Assembly (NCBI GenBank): GCA_903860135.1
Contig: CAIOPG010000007.1
Span: forward strand, 2,100-66,099
Direction of reading: 5' to 3'
Source: Candidatus Omnitrophota bacterium
Lineage (GTDB): Bacteria > Omnitrophota > Gorgyraeia > Zapsychrales > Fredricksoniimonadaceae
DNA length: 64,000 nucleotides
Shown here: piece by piece, positions 9,787 to 19,029 of the stretch
Layout: each line of letters opens with the position of its first letter
Numbering within the stretch: the first letter of the stretch is position 1
Translations under genes and position numbers: made by a program
Notes under the pieces: generated by a model
Told to the model about the DNA's origin: nothing
Database searches by the model: none
What the model saw: only the letters and a program-made list of their open reading frames with translations

Positions 9787-10496
9787 GGACTTTTGTCATG
9801 GGCGATATCCACGGGGCCTACAAGGCGCTCGAGCAGTGCCTGGCGCGCGCGCCCTTTGATCCTGCGCTCGACCGACTGATCGTGCTCGGCGATGTTTGCG
9901 ATGTTTATCCGCAGGTGAACGCCTGCATCGACACATTGCTGTCGTTGAAGCACTGTGATTTTATCATCGGCAACCATGATCTGTGGGCGCTGGACTGGGC
10001 GATGACCGGCCGCAAACCAGCGATGTGGCTTGAGCAGGGCGGGGCAGAAACCATGGCTTCTTATGGCGGCGCGGCGATGCCACAGGCCCATATTGATTTC
10101 CTGAACAGGGGCTTGCCCTGGCTTGAGGTGGCAGGGCGGGTGTTTGTGCATGCCGGCTTTGACCCTGACCGGCCTTTAAAAGAGCAGGGCCTTCGGCGCC
10201 TGGCGTGGGACCGCGCGCTGTTGAGCATCGCCGTGATGCGCCGCGGCACCGGGCCTATAGGCTGTTACAGGGAAATTTTCCTGGGCCATACGCCGACCAT
10301 GCGTTTTGGCAGTACCGTTCCGTTTCAGGCGTGCAATGTATGGGCCATGGACACAGGCGCGGGCTGGTCGGGAAAGCTCTCCATCATGGATGTGGAAAGC
10401 AAAGAATTCTGGCAGTCCGACACGACACCCGGGCTGTATGGTGTGGCTGGCCGTGGCGACGGGCGTCGTCCCGGACCAGGCGAAGGGGCAAATTAA
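9783..10496 (+). CDS. Calcineurin-like metallophosphoesterase (PPP/ApaH-type Ser/Thr/Tyr phosphatase family)
   Basis: GDIHG, GDVCD and GNHD metal-binding motifs in canonical order; ATGA overlap with the upstream gene. Confidence 0.8.
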   Translation: MRTFVMGDIHGAYKALEQCLARAPFDPALDRLIVLGDVCDVYPQVNACIDTLLSLKHCDFIIGNHDLWALDWAMTGRKPAMWLEQGGAETMASYGGAAMPQAHIDFLNRGLPWLEVAGRVFVHAGFDPDRPLKEQGLRRLAWDRALLSIAVMRRGTGPIGCYREIFLGHTPTMRFGSTVPFQACNVWAMDTGAGWSGKLSIMDVESKEFWQSDTTPGLYGVAGRGDGRRPGPGEGAN

Positions 10497-10497
10497 T

Positions 10498-10899
10498 ATG
10501 CGCAGCCTTGTTATTGTCTTTAGTCTTTTATTCGCCGCCCTTCTTTTGTGCACAGGGGCGGGCGAGTTCTTTTTTCTTAAAGGCCAGGCGGACAAGAACG
10601 CCGGGTTCATCAAACAGGCCCAGCAGTTAAACCCGCTGGTGTCGGATTATTTTTATGAGGAATACCGCCTTACGGGCCATATCAACGCCCTTCACCAGGC
10701 TATTCGCCTTGAGCCAACAAAGCCGCAGTATCATATGTATTACGGCCTTGCCGTTCTCAAGCCGTTGCCGCGCACGCGTGCCGGCGATCAGCTGGCTGTC
10801 ACCGAAATATGCCTGGCCGCGGCCCTGAAGCCGTACAGCAAGGCCTATGCCCAAGCCTGCGCCCGGTACAGCACCGCGATCGCATCAGCGGTGCCATGA
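10498..10899 (+). CDS. Small secreted hypothetical protein
   Basis: ATG at 10498 followed by signal peptide MRSLVIVFSLLFAALLLCTGAG; about 133 aa; no recognizable domain. Confidence 0.4.
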   Translation: MRSLVIVFSLLFAALLLCTGAGEFFFLKGQADKNAGFIKQAQQLNPLVSDYFYEEYRLTGHINALHQAIRLEPTKPQYHMYYGLAVLKPLPRTRAGDQLAVTEICLAAALKPYSKAYAQACARYSTAIASAVP

Positions 10900-10963
10900 C
10901 ACGTCGGGATAGATGAACATTGAAATGTTGTAATTATAACTTAAATTGTTGAGGCGTAGTGAG

Positions 10964-12535
10964 ATGAGGAGACCTGACACTATTATTTCTGACACTATTA
11001 TTTCTGACACTATTATTTCTCAAAACTTTAAAAAACAACTTCCCATCAACCTTATCTCCAACGTCGGGTATTTTGCCCTGAACGTGGTGATCGGGATATG
11101 GATGGTGCCGTTTCTGATCCGGCATCTGGGTGTTGAAGGTTACGGGTTCATTCCGTTAGCTTCATCAGTTACGTCTTATGTGAGCTTAATTACTCTTGCG
11201 CTGAATGGCGCTGTGTCTCGATATCTTGTCATAGCATTGCAAAAAAATGATGTCGAAGGGGCGAATAAAATATTTAATACTGCATTCTGGGCACTTGCGT
11301 TTCTTTCAGTTATTTTGGTTCCTTTAGTCGGGGTATTTTCTTGGTTTGTTCCAAGAATATTTCATGTGCCAGTACACCTTGTTTTTCAGGTGCAGGGACT
11401 TTTTTTCATGATATTACTGTCTTTTGTTATTTCTGTTTTCTCTTCGATATTTTATGTTTCGACTTTTGCTAATAATCGTCTTGATTTACGTAATTTGATC
11501 GACATGAGCAGTCTTTCTGTTAGAGCAATACTTATTATTATATCTATTACTTTTGTATCGACAAGTTTGACTAATGTCGGAGTGGCATATTTTTCTGGTG
11601 CATTGATAGCGCTACTCCTTGGGCATGCCTTTTTTAGGAAATTAACACCATCTTTAAAGATTTCACGGAAATTCTTTGATCTCTCGAAGTTGCGGGAGCT
11701 CACGTCTATGGGGGGATGGCTTGTTGTTGGTCAAACGGGCACATTGTTTTTCTTGCAGATTGATCTTATTCTTTGCAATATTTTATTTAGTGCCCATGAT
11801 ACGGGTGTTTACGCGGCGCTTATTCAATGGAATTTCTTGTTAAGAAGTATGGCGGGTGTGGTGGCTGCTGTTTTAGCTCCGGTAGTGACCATAAGTTATG
11901 CATTGAATCAAAAAGAGCGGATTGTTCGAATGTCTCAATGTGCGGTGAAATATATGGGGTTAGGCGTCGCCTTGCCTGTTGGCTTTTTGTTCGGGTTTGC
12001 TGATAGTATTTTACGTGTTTGGTTAGGGCTGGACTTTGTTCAGTATGCTCCTTTATTAAGATTGATGACTTTTTATTTAACGATTAATCTTGCCGTTTTG
12101 CCTTTGTTTGGTCTGAGTGCGGCGTATAATAAAGTTAAGTGGCCTGGGATTGTTACTTTTTTAAGCGGTATTATAAATATCTTTGTAGCGGTTTTCTTGG
12201 CTAAGTTTCTTGGCTGGGGCTTGTACGGCATTGCTTCAGCTGGATTTATTGTTTTAACATTTAAGAATGTGATATTTGCGCCATTATACTTTGCGCATGT
12301 TTTAAACATTTCAAAGCTTTCTTTCTTTAGGCCGCTTATAACGAGTTGCGTGGCAGTTGCTGTTGTTTCTGGGGTGGCTTATACGTTATCGAGATTTGTT
12401 GTATTGGAGAATTTTGGGGCTGTTCTCATGGCAGGATTAGGCATTTCAATTGTTTATCTAATTTTTGTTTGGTTATGTTTGTTTCAAGCAGAAGACCGGA
12501 GCTTGTTTCTGGGATTGTTTAAGAGGGGTGGGTAA
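10964..12535 (+). CDS. Oligosaccharide-unit flippase (Wzx, MOP/polysaccharide biosynthesis protein family)
   Basis: About 12-14 TM helices; Polysacc_synt-like N-terminus INLISNVGYFALNVVIG; start taken at ATG 10964 (the ORF track starts at TTG 10946). Confidence 0.7.
   Translation: MRRPDTIISDTIISDTIISQNFKKQLPINLISNVGYFALNVVIGIWMVPFLIRHLGVEGYGFIPLASSVTSYVSLITLALNGAVSRYLVIALQKNDVEGANKIFNTAFWALAFLSVILVPLVGVFSWFVPRIFHVPVHLVFQVQGLFFMILLSFVISVFSSIFYVSTFANNRLDLRNLIDMSSLSVRAILIIISITFVSTSLTNVGVAYFSGALIALLLGHAFFRKLTPSLKISRKFFDLSKLRELTSMGGWLVVGQTGTLFFLQIDLILCNILFSAHDTGVYAALIQWNFLLRSMAGVVAAVLAPVVTISYALNQKERIVRMSQCAVKYMGLGVALPVGFLFGFADSILRVWLGLDFVQYAPLLRLMTFYLTINLAVLPLFGLSAAYNKVKWPGIVTFLSGIINIFVAVFLAKFLGWGLYGIASAGFIVLTFKNVIFAPLYFAHVLNISKLSFFRPLITSCVAVAVVSGVAYTLSRFVVLENFGAVLMAGLGISIVYLIFVWLCLFQAEDRSLFLGLFKRGG
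10976..11020 (+). repeat. Perfect 3 x 15-bp tandem repeat (gacactattatttct) inside the 5' coding end of the Wzx gene, encoding DTIIS x3
   Basis: Read directly from the sequence: copies at 10976-10990, 10991-11005 and 11006-11020. Confidence 0.95.
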
Positions 12536-13725
12536 TGAATATAGTGAATGCTGTGTGTATTCTTTTCTTGGTGATTCTTTTTCTTTACTCTTTAAAAGAT
12601 TTATTTATAAAAATAATAAGAAAATGGAATTCTTTGCATAGATTTTCTTGGGTGGATAATGATGTGTATTTTAAAAAGGTAAGTTCTGTCGCTCAACGAT
12701 GGCTTTTGGATCCGCCAATGTTGCCGGCGTTTGATGTGGCAGTAGGGATGCCATGGAACTATATTTCTTATCGAAGGGTTTGTGAGGAGGTGCGACGTGG
12801 TTGGCCAATGGGTCTTTTGGCGAAAGGAGTTATGGTCGCTGATATTTATGCTGGTGGGCGTCTCGATGTTTTGGAAAAGTTCTATGCAAGATATTTAACA
12901 AGTGAAGGTCGTTTTCGATTTTCTTTAAAATATGTCGATGATGCTTTGCATGGGGAAGTTCTTTTGTATTTATATAAGAAGACCGGAAATCAAAAATATC
13001 GACAAGCTTCAGATGAGATCTTTTATTGGCTATTGGGGCAGTATAGGCGGTCTAAAACAACATTGCCTTATCGAGATAAGATAAGTGTAAGATTTGTCGA
13101 CACGCTGGGGATGATTATTCCATTTTTGTTTGAATACAATGCGCAGTTTGTGAATAAAGATGCTCAAGAGTTGGCGGTATTGCATATGGAGGATTTTATT
13201 TTATTCGCTGTAGAGAAAAGGTCGGGGTTGCCGTTTCACGGGTATAATGTTGAGTTTTCTAATATGCCAACAGGGCTTTTCTCCTGGGGGCGTGGGGTGG
13301 GGTGGTATGTGTTAGGTCTAGTGGAGGTTTTAACGCAATTAACTTCAAGTAATACGAAGTTCGAGTTCTTTCAGCAATCTTTTATTAAGTTAGCAAATAC
13401 GGTACGCGATTTACAAAAGAAAGATGGAGGTTGGGGTGATATCATTAATATCTCAACGAGCAAATATGATTCTAGTGCGACAGCAATGATTCTTTATGCA
13501 TTCAAGAAGGCAATGATGGCTGGAATTATTGATCCGTCGTATCAAGACATGCTTTCTCAAGGGTTCCATCGGTTGCAGGGGTCTACAACGAAGGCAGGGG
13601 TTGTTTTGGATTCGCAAGGGGTGTGTATGGGGCTTAATAAACATTCCGGAGTATTTTCTTTCACGCCTTATTCTCAAGGGATGGTTCTTGCGGCGACTTC
13701 CGTTATGATTTTTGAATTAGATTAG
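12535..13725 (+). CDS. Glycoside hydrolase family 88/105-like protein (unsaturated glucuronyl/rhamnogalacturonyl hydrolase fold) with an N-terminal membrane anchor
   Basis: VDTLGMIIPF and WGRGVGWYVLGL motifs resemble the DxLGM / WxRGxGW signatures of the GH105/GH88 alpha6/alpha6 barrel; N-terminal hydrophobic helix. Confidence 0.45.
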   Translation: MNIVNAVCILFLVILFLYSLKDLFIKIIRKWNSLHRFSWVDNDVYFKKVSSVAQRWLLDPPMLPAFDVAVGMPWNYISYRRVCEEVRRGWPMGLLAKGVMVADIYAGGRLDVLEKFYARYLTSEGRFRFSLKYVDDALHGEVLLYLYKKTGNQKYRQASDEIFYWLLGQYRRSKTTLPYRDKISVRFVDTLGMIIPFLFEYNAQFVNKDAQELAVLHMEDFILFAVEKRSGLPFHGYNVEFSNMPTGLFSWGRGVGWYVLGLVEVLTQLTSSNTKFEFFQQSFIKLANTVRDLQKKDGGWGDIINISTSKYDSSATAMILYAFKKAMMAGIIDPSYQDMLSQGFHRLQGSTTKAGVVLDSQGVCMGLNKHSGVFSFTPYSQGMVLAATSVMIFELD

Positions 13726-13743
13726 AAAAGGACTTGGTTCCGT

Positions 13744-14955
13744 ATGGTTCAAAAGAACTTGTTTATTCTAGCCGGCAATGGTTCATACGACAATCGCGGT
13801 TGTGAAGCGATTGTAAGGGGAACAACGGAGATCATCAGGCAACACTTTGATGTGCCGGAGTTTCTGTCGATTAGTAATTTTCAGAATGAGGATCAATTTA
13901 AGGCTCAAGTTAAGCATGAATGTGATGGCGCGATAGCACATGCAAGAACGTTTCGTAGTAATAGGCGGTTTTCGCCAGGCTGGTTCTTGTATGCGGCATT
14001 GCGGTTTTCTATGCGGCGTCTTCGTGTTGAGCTTATTTACCGTGAAATGTTGCATGTGCTTAAAGAATCGAGAGCTGTTCTTTCTATTGGAGGGGATAAT
14101 TATTCGTTAGATTATGGCAAGCCATTATTGTATACGACGCTGGATGATTTGGTTTTAAGGCGAAAGAAGCCGATTATTATTTGGGGTGCTTCTGTAGGGC
14201 CGTTTGATGGAATTCCTGGTTATGAAAAGTATATGAGCAAGCATCTTAAAAGAGTGACAGGTATATTTGTACGTGAAACGGCAACTTTAGAGTATCTGGC
14301 ATCAATAGGGGTGAAGGAAAACGTAACGCTTGTCGCGGATCCGGCATTTTTACTCAAGATTGCTCAGCCAGCCATCGTTCCGGATATTAAGGCAGAGTCT
14401 ATTGGTATAAATTTAAGTCCTTTCATGGCCAAATATTTGACCGATGGCGATCTTTCTTGTTGGGTTAAGTTATCTGCACAGATTGTTCGTGAGGTGTCTG
14501 AAGCGACTGGACGTAAGATTTATTTGATCCCGCATGTTACAAGTCCGCATACTAATGATTATACTTTTCTGAAGAATGTGTTGGGTTTATTGGATGATGT
14601 TGATGTTGCTCTGATTGATGATAAGTATAGCGCGGCTGAGATTAAGTGGATTATTAGCAAGATGGCAGTCTTTGCCGGAGCTAGGACGCACGCGACGATC
14701 GCGGCTATTTCCACATGTGTGCCAACGTTGAGTTTTGTTTACAGCATTAAAGCTAGAGGGATTAACCGGGATGTTTTTGGGCATGAAAGATTTTGTATCT
14801 TAAAAAAAGCTTGTCGACCAAAACTTGTAGCTGAAAAAGTGCAAGAAACATTGGCGGAGGCTGATGGAATTCGAGAACAACTTAAATCTATTGTTCCTGA
14901 GTTTCAGAAGAAAGCTTTATCAGCGGGACAGAAATTATTAGAGGTCTGTGTTTAA
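13744..14955 (+). CDS. Polysaccharide pyruvyl transferase family protein (WcaK/CsaB-like)
   Basis: N-terminal ILAGNGSYDNRGCEAIVRGT (the GN.G..N.G motif of PS_pyruv_trans); about 400 aa; typical neighbourhood in EPS loci. Confidence 0.6.
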   Translation: MVQKNLFILAGNGSYDNRGCEAIVRGTTEIIRQHFDVPEFLSISNFQNEDQFKAQVKHECDGAIAHARTFRSNRRFSPGWFLYAALRFSMRRLRVELIYREMLHVLKESRAVLSIGGDNYSLDYGKPLLYTTLDDLVLRRKKPIIIWGASVGPFDGIPGYEKYMSKHLKRVTGIFVRETATLEYLASIGVKENVTLVADPAFLLKIAQPAIVPDIKAESIGINLSPFMAKYLTDGDLSCWVKLSAQIVREVSEATGRKIYLIPHVTSPHTNDYTFLKNVLGLLDDVDVALIDDKYSAAEIKWIISKMAVFAGARTHATIAAISTCVPTLSFVYSIKARGINRDVFGHERFCILKKACRPKLVAEKVQETLAEADGIREQLKSIVPEFQKKALSAGQKLLEVCV

Positions 14956-14956
14956 T

Positions 14957-15895
14957 ATGCCTAAAGTTTCCATTGTTATTCCGTTATACAACAAAGAGAA
15001 ATATATTGCCCGGGCGATTAATTCTATCTTGGCTCAGACGCTATCGGATTGCGAAATTGTTGTAGTTGATGATGGGTCAACGGATAAAAGTGCTGATATT
15101 GTTAGGTCTTTTGACGACTCTCGTATTCATTTGATTCAGCAGGCTAATGCGGGTGTTTCAGTAGCAAGAAATAAGGGGATCAAAGAATCAAAAGCAGAAC
15201 TTGTCGCGTTTTTGGACGCGGATGATGAATGGATGCCTCAGTTCCTCCAAGAGATGGTTGTGTTTATTTCAAAAAAACCTGTAGGGCTTGTTTTATCGAA
15301 CTATTTGAATGGTGCAACAGGGAAGCCGTTCTTCCCAACGGAAAAACGTTGGGAAGGGATTATCCCAGACTATTTTAAACAAGTATTGCGATGGAATAAA
15401 GACATCGCTTTTTCATCTGCCCTCCTTGTGAGGCGGTCGTGTTTTCAGAAGACGGGAATATTCCCTGTGGGTGTCGCTTATGGGGAAGATGTGGATATGT
15501 GGAATCGTATTGCCTGGGTTACGCTGGTGGGATATATTCCTGAGCCATTAGCGATATATCACAACACTACTGAAGGGGCGTGCCATGCTTTTTCTCGTTT
15601 GGGACCACCGTATCCTGTTTTCTTAAAGACATTCAAGTCCTGGAAGAAAGAAAAGTTGATTTCTGCCAGCTTGTTGCGTAGTAGCGAAGAGTATGCGAAT
15701 TGGACGCTTTTATATTACGTTAGACGCCTCATAGGGGCGAAGAGAAAGATCGAAGCTTTTAAAGTTTTTTGTTTCGAATGTTCGTTTTCTTTGGCAACCG
15801 GCCATCTTTATGTAAAAATATTTTGTTTGTTTCTTGTGCCAGATTCGTTATTGTTTTTCTATAGAAAGATTCTAAAATTCTTTTTTAAAAGTTAA
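14957..15895 (+). CDS. Glycosyltransferase family 2
   Basis: VSIVIPLYNKEKYIARAINSILAQT...VVDDGSTD...DADD motifs of GT-A/GT2; start at ATG 14957 just after the upstream stop. Confidence 0.85.
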   Translation: MPKVSIVIPLYNKEKYIARAINSILAQTLSDCEIVVVDDGSTDKSADIVRSFDDSRIHLIQQANAGVSVARNKGIKESKAELVAFLDADDEWMPQFLQEMVVFISKKPVGLVLSNYLNGATGKPFFPTEKRWEGIIPDYFKQVLRWNKDIAFSSALLVRRSCFQKTGIFPVGVAYGEDVDMWNRIAWVTLVGYIPEPLAIYHNTTEGACHAFSRLGPPYPVFLKTFKSWKKEKLISASLLRSSEEYANWTLLYYVRRLIGAKRKIEAFKVFCFECSFSLATGHLYVKIFCLFLVPDSLLFFYRKILKFFFKS

Positions 15896-15921
15896 TAAAG
15901 TTGTTAAGAAAGCGATTGTTA

Positions 15922-16539
15922 ATGAAAAAGAAAAAAATTATTGCTCATTTGATCAGTATGTTCCCGTCGAACTGTGTGCGTGTTATTCTTTATAGATTGA
16001 TCATGAAATATGAAATTTCGGATTCTTATATAGGGTTTGGCACCGTTATAGCTGTTGATAAGGCGATCATTAAGAATAGTTCTGTTGGGAGATCAAATTG
16101 TTTCTATGGCCCGATGAGCGTGATGATCAAAGATGGTTGCTGTATAGGCAATCACAATCAATTTATGTGCGGCAGCTGGGTTGAGGAGCGGTCATTTTCC
16201 GATCAAAAGTATGCTCGCTTGCTAGAGATCAATGAGAAGGTCTTAATAACATCTGATCACTATTTTGATGTTGCTGGAAATATCTCTATTGGTCAAGGGA
16301 CCTGGGTTGCGGGGAGGGGGTCTCAATTTTGGACGCACGGCGTCGGTGTTTCCGATCGTGATATTCATATAGGAGAATCGTGTTATTTGGGAAGTGCGGT
16401 GAGATTTGCCCCAGGCGTTTTGATAGGAAATAAAACTTTGGTCGCACTGGGGAGTGTTGTGACAAAGAAATTCGGTGTTAATAATGTATTATTGGGCGGG
16501 GTGCCAGCAACTATTTTGAAAGAGAATTATATCTGGTAA
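15922..16539 (+). CDS. Hexapeptide-repeat (LbH) acetyltransferase, WcaF/CysE-like sugar O-acetyltransferase
   Basis: Left-handed beta-helix hexapeptide repeats (IGxxxxIGxxxxI) in the C-terminal half; ATG at 15922. Confidence 0.55.
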   Translation: MKKKKIIAHLISMFPSNCVRVILYRLIMKYEISDSYIGFGTVIAVDKAIIKNSSVGRSNCFYGPMSVMIKDGCCIGNHNQFMCGSWVEERSFSDQKYARLLEINEKVLITSDHYFDVAGNISIGQGTWVAGRGSQFWTHGVGVSDRDIHIGESCYLGSAVRFAPGVLIGNKTLVALGSVVTKKFGVNNVLLGGVPATILKENYIW

Positions 16540-16564
16540 GATTTGGAAGGAATTCCGAGGCAAT

Positions 16565-17836
16565 ATGTTATTAAGATTTTCGTTCGACAGGGTTAAATAT
16601 CTTAAGTTCTGTGCTTTTTGCTGGGGGTTGTCACTTGGCTTGCCAAGCACTTCCATCCCTCTTTCTAATATTTTCGGGATTACGTTGGCGCACTTCTTGA
16701 TGTTTGCGACACTAACAGCTGTATTATCAAGATTAAGAAGTTTTCATCTTTTATGTTGGATGGCACTTGTTTCTCCGGCATTAATTTCCACATTGTTCAT
16801 CCCGACTATTGATGCGGGATTAACGCTAAAGTATCTTGGAGATTTGGTTATTGCTACCTTGCCGCTTTTGTTTACAATGGTTTTGGCATTGTCGTTTGGA
16901 TTGGAGATATTGAAAGGTTCAGCTGTTATTATTCTTGTAAATGTTGCATTTGGTTTTTACCAGATGTTATGTGGGGTTTTGGGGCGTACGTTTGATTTGG
17001 GTTTCTTATATAATTATCCACAGTATAACTTTACAGCAAACGGGTTACAAGCAATGTGTGATACGTTCCGGCCTTTCGGGTTGTTCCCGGAGCCTTCGGC
17101 GACGAACGCAGCACTTTCTCCGTGGATATTGTTATTGCTTGCGCTTGGATTTGGGCTCATAAAATTCAAACAGTCCCTTGTTGATGAAGAATGCCTTAGG
17201 ATGTTTAAGGTTGCGGGTCTTTTGGGGGTTCTTTTGGTCTTTTTTTCAAAGTCGGGGCATACGATTTTTCTTTTGTTTGGGTTGTCGGGCATCTTTATTT
17301 TATTAGTGAAGAAATATGTTAGACAAAGGCGATGGAGTCTTTTAACTCTGACATTGGCCGTTATTCCTTTGATTGTTGTCGTTGGACTTTACTTGACATC
17401 CCAAAGAATAGAGTCTCAATTTGATCCTGCAGGTGTTGGGAATAATTCCTGGTCGAAGCGTTTTAATGCGATCATGGATAGTGTTGATATTTGGCTTAAT
17501 TATGGCTTCTTAAGGATATTCTTCGGTTGCGGGGGAGACGCGGCGCGGATCGTTTTTGCAGAGAAGGGAAGTGATGCGATATGGAGCGTATTGATGACAC
17601 ACGTCGTTAATACTGGGATTTGTGGACTCTTATTTATTCTAGGGGTCTTTGTCGCCGGACTTAATGCTATAAAAAGATCCGGGGTTGTTCTTGTTGGATT
17701 TGTTTTCTTCTCGGTGTGGTTGTTAGGCATCACATTTACAACCTGTTATCAATCGTTAACGGCTGTTTGGGCATCTTTAGGCTGGCTTCTTGTATGGGAT
17801 AAGTGTGTGAAAAGATCGGATGAGGTTGCATGTTAA
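16565..17836 (+). CDS. Polytopic membrane protein, putative O-antigen/EPS polymerase (Wzy-like)
   Basis: 10-12 hydrophobic helices with one larger loop; no soluble domain; sits between transferases in the repeat-unit-specific block. Confidence 0.45.
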   Translation: MLLRFSFDRVKYLKFCAFCWGLSLGLPSTSIPLSNIFGITLAHFLMFATLTAVLSRLRSFHLLCWMALVSPALISTLFIPTIDAGLTLKYLGDLVIATLPLLFTMVLALSFGLEILKGSAVIILVNVAFGFYQMLCGVLGRTFDLGFLYNYPQYNFTANGLQAMCDTFRPFGLFPEPSATNAALSPWILLLLALGFGLIKFKQSLVDEECLRMFKVAGLLGVLLVFFSKSGHTIFLLFGLSGIFILLVKKYVRQRRWSLLTLTLAVIPLIVVVGLYLTSQRIESQFDPAGVGNNSWSKRFNAIMDSVDIWLNYGFLRIFFGCGGDAARIVFAEKGSDAIWSVLMTHVVNTGICGLLFILGVFVAGLNAIKRSGVVLVGFVFFSVWLLGITFTTCYQSLTAVWASLGWLLVWDKCVKRSDEVAC

Positions 17837-19029
17837 AGATTTTCATGGTTTCTTTTACAGGGAAGGGCGGGCATCCTGTTTATGTTAATGAAGTTATTGT
17901 TGCGTTGAATAAGAATTGTTCTGCTGACGTTAAGGTGGAGTTTCTTGCTCCGCAAGATTTGGAAAAGAAATATTTTAGAAACGGCTATGTTGTTCATGCG
18001 GACCTCCCTGCATATCCTGTCCGTGGTAAAAAACTTAATGCCCTATGGCGGACCGAGCAGATTGGGCATTTTATAAGATCATATTTAGTTTGTTTCCTAT
18101 GGCTGAGGAAACAGAAGGATTCTTGTGGGGTTCATTTTCAGGATTCTCTTTGGTTATTGGGGATGTTCTTTTGGGTATTTCGTTTCTTGAAGGTGCCTTT
18201 ATTCTTTACAGTTCATAATATTAAACCCCATAAGTATTCGGGTTTGATGCCACATGTGATCGAAGAAAAGTTTTACAAATTTGTTTGGAGATCATGCGAG
18301 GGGCTTTTTGTTCATTCGCAAGGATTGAAGTCTGAGGCCATTCAATTTCTTGGGAACGGACATCCTTCGATCTATGTAGTTCCGCATGGGTTATTCTTGG
18401 TTAACAGCAGTGTGATGACCCCATTATTGATCCGCATGAACAAGAAACGGCTTCTTTTTTTCGGAGCCATAAGAGAAAACAAGGGGCTGCATCTTTTGTT
18501 GGAAGCAATGAAGTCTCTTGATGGATTTGAGTTAACGATCGCTGGCAAGATCGCGGATCATGTTTATTGGAGGGAGACGGTAACGCCTTTACTGGATTCC
18601 TTACGGTTACAAGATAAGAAAGTAACGTTGATAGATGTGTTTATTCCAGACCATGAGGTGGCGGCATTGTTTGATTCCCATAGTGCGGTGATTTTATCGT
18701 ATACGCAGGGCTTTCATTCGCAAAGCGGGGTTTTGCATCTGGCAGTGGCTTTAGACACTCCTGTTGTGGCAACATCAGTAGGGGGAATAGGTGACTTGAT
18801 CGAGAAGTATAAAGTAGGGACTTTGGCAAGATCATGCGATGCCGCACAAGTGAAGGACGCGATCTTGTCTCTCTTTAAAGAAGAGGCTGGTCAACTGCAA
18901 GCGAATTTTAATCTGGCTAAGGAAGATCTTTCCTGGGTTAAATTGGCCGCTGGTACTTGCCATGCGTATAAATTTTCACAGTCATTGAAGAAAAAGAACT
19001 GCGCCCTTGCGGATGGATGTGTTTCATGA
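17830..19029 (+). CDS. Glycosyltransferase family 4 (GT-B, GT1/GT4 retaining type)
   Basis: C-terminal FFGAIRENKGLHLLLEA... and the glycine-rich donor-binding region typical of Glycos_transf_1. Confidence 0.75.
   Translation: MLKIFMVSFTGKGGHPVYVNEVIVALNKNCSADVKVEFLAPQDLEKKYFRNGYVVHADLPAYPVRGKKLNALWRTEQIGHFIRSYLVCFLWLRKQKDSCGVHFQDSLWLLGMFFWVFRFLKVPLFFTVHNIKPHKYSGLMPHVIEEKFYKFVWRSCEGLFVHSQGLKSEAIQFLGNGHPSIYVVPHGLFLVNSSVMTPLLIRMNKKRLLFFGAIRENKGLHLLLEAMKSLDGFELTIAGKIADHVYWRETVTPLLDSLRLQDKKVTLIDVFIPDHEVAALFDSHSAVILSYTQGFHSQSGVLHLAVALDTPVVATSVGGIGDLIEKYKVGTLARSCDAAQVKDAILSLFKEEAGQLQANFNLAKEDLSWVKLAAGTCHAYKFSQSLKKKNCALADGCVS

Noticed and set aside
10934-11125. Minus-strand 63-aa ORF containing NNSVR x3
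   Set aside because: Simply the reverse-complement reading of the 15-bp tandem repeat within the Wzx gene start.
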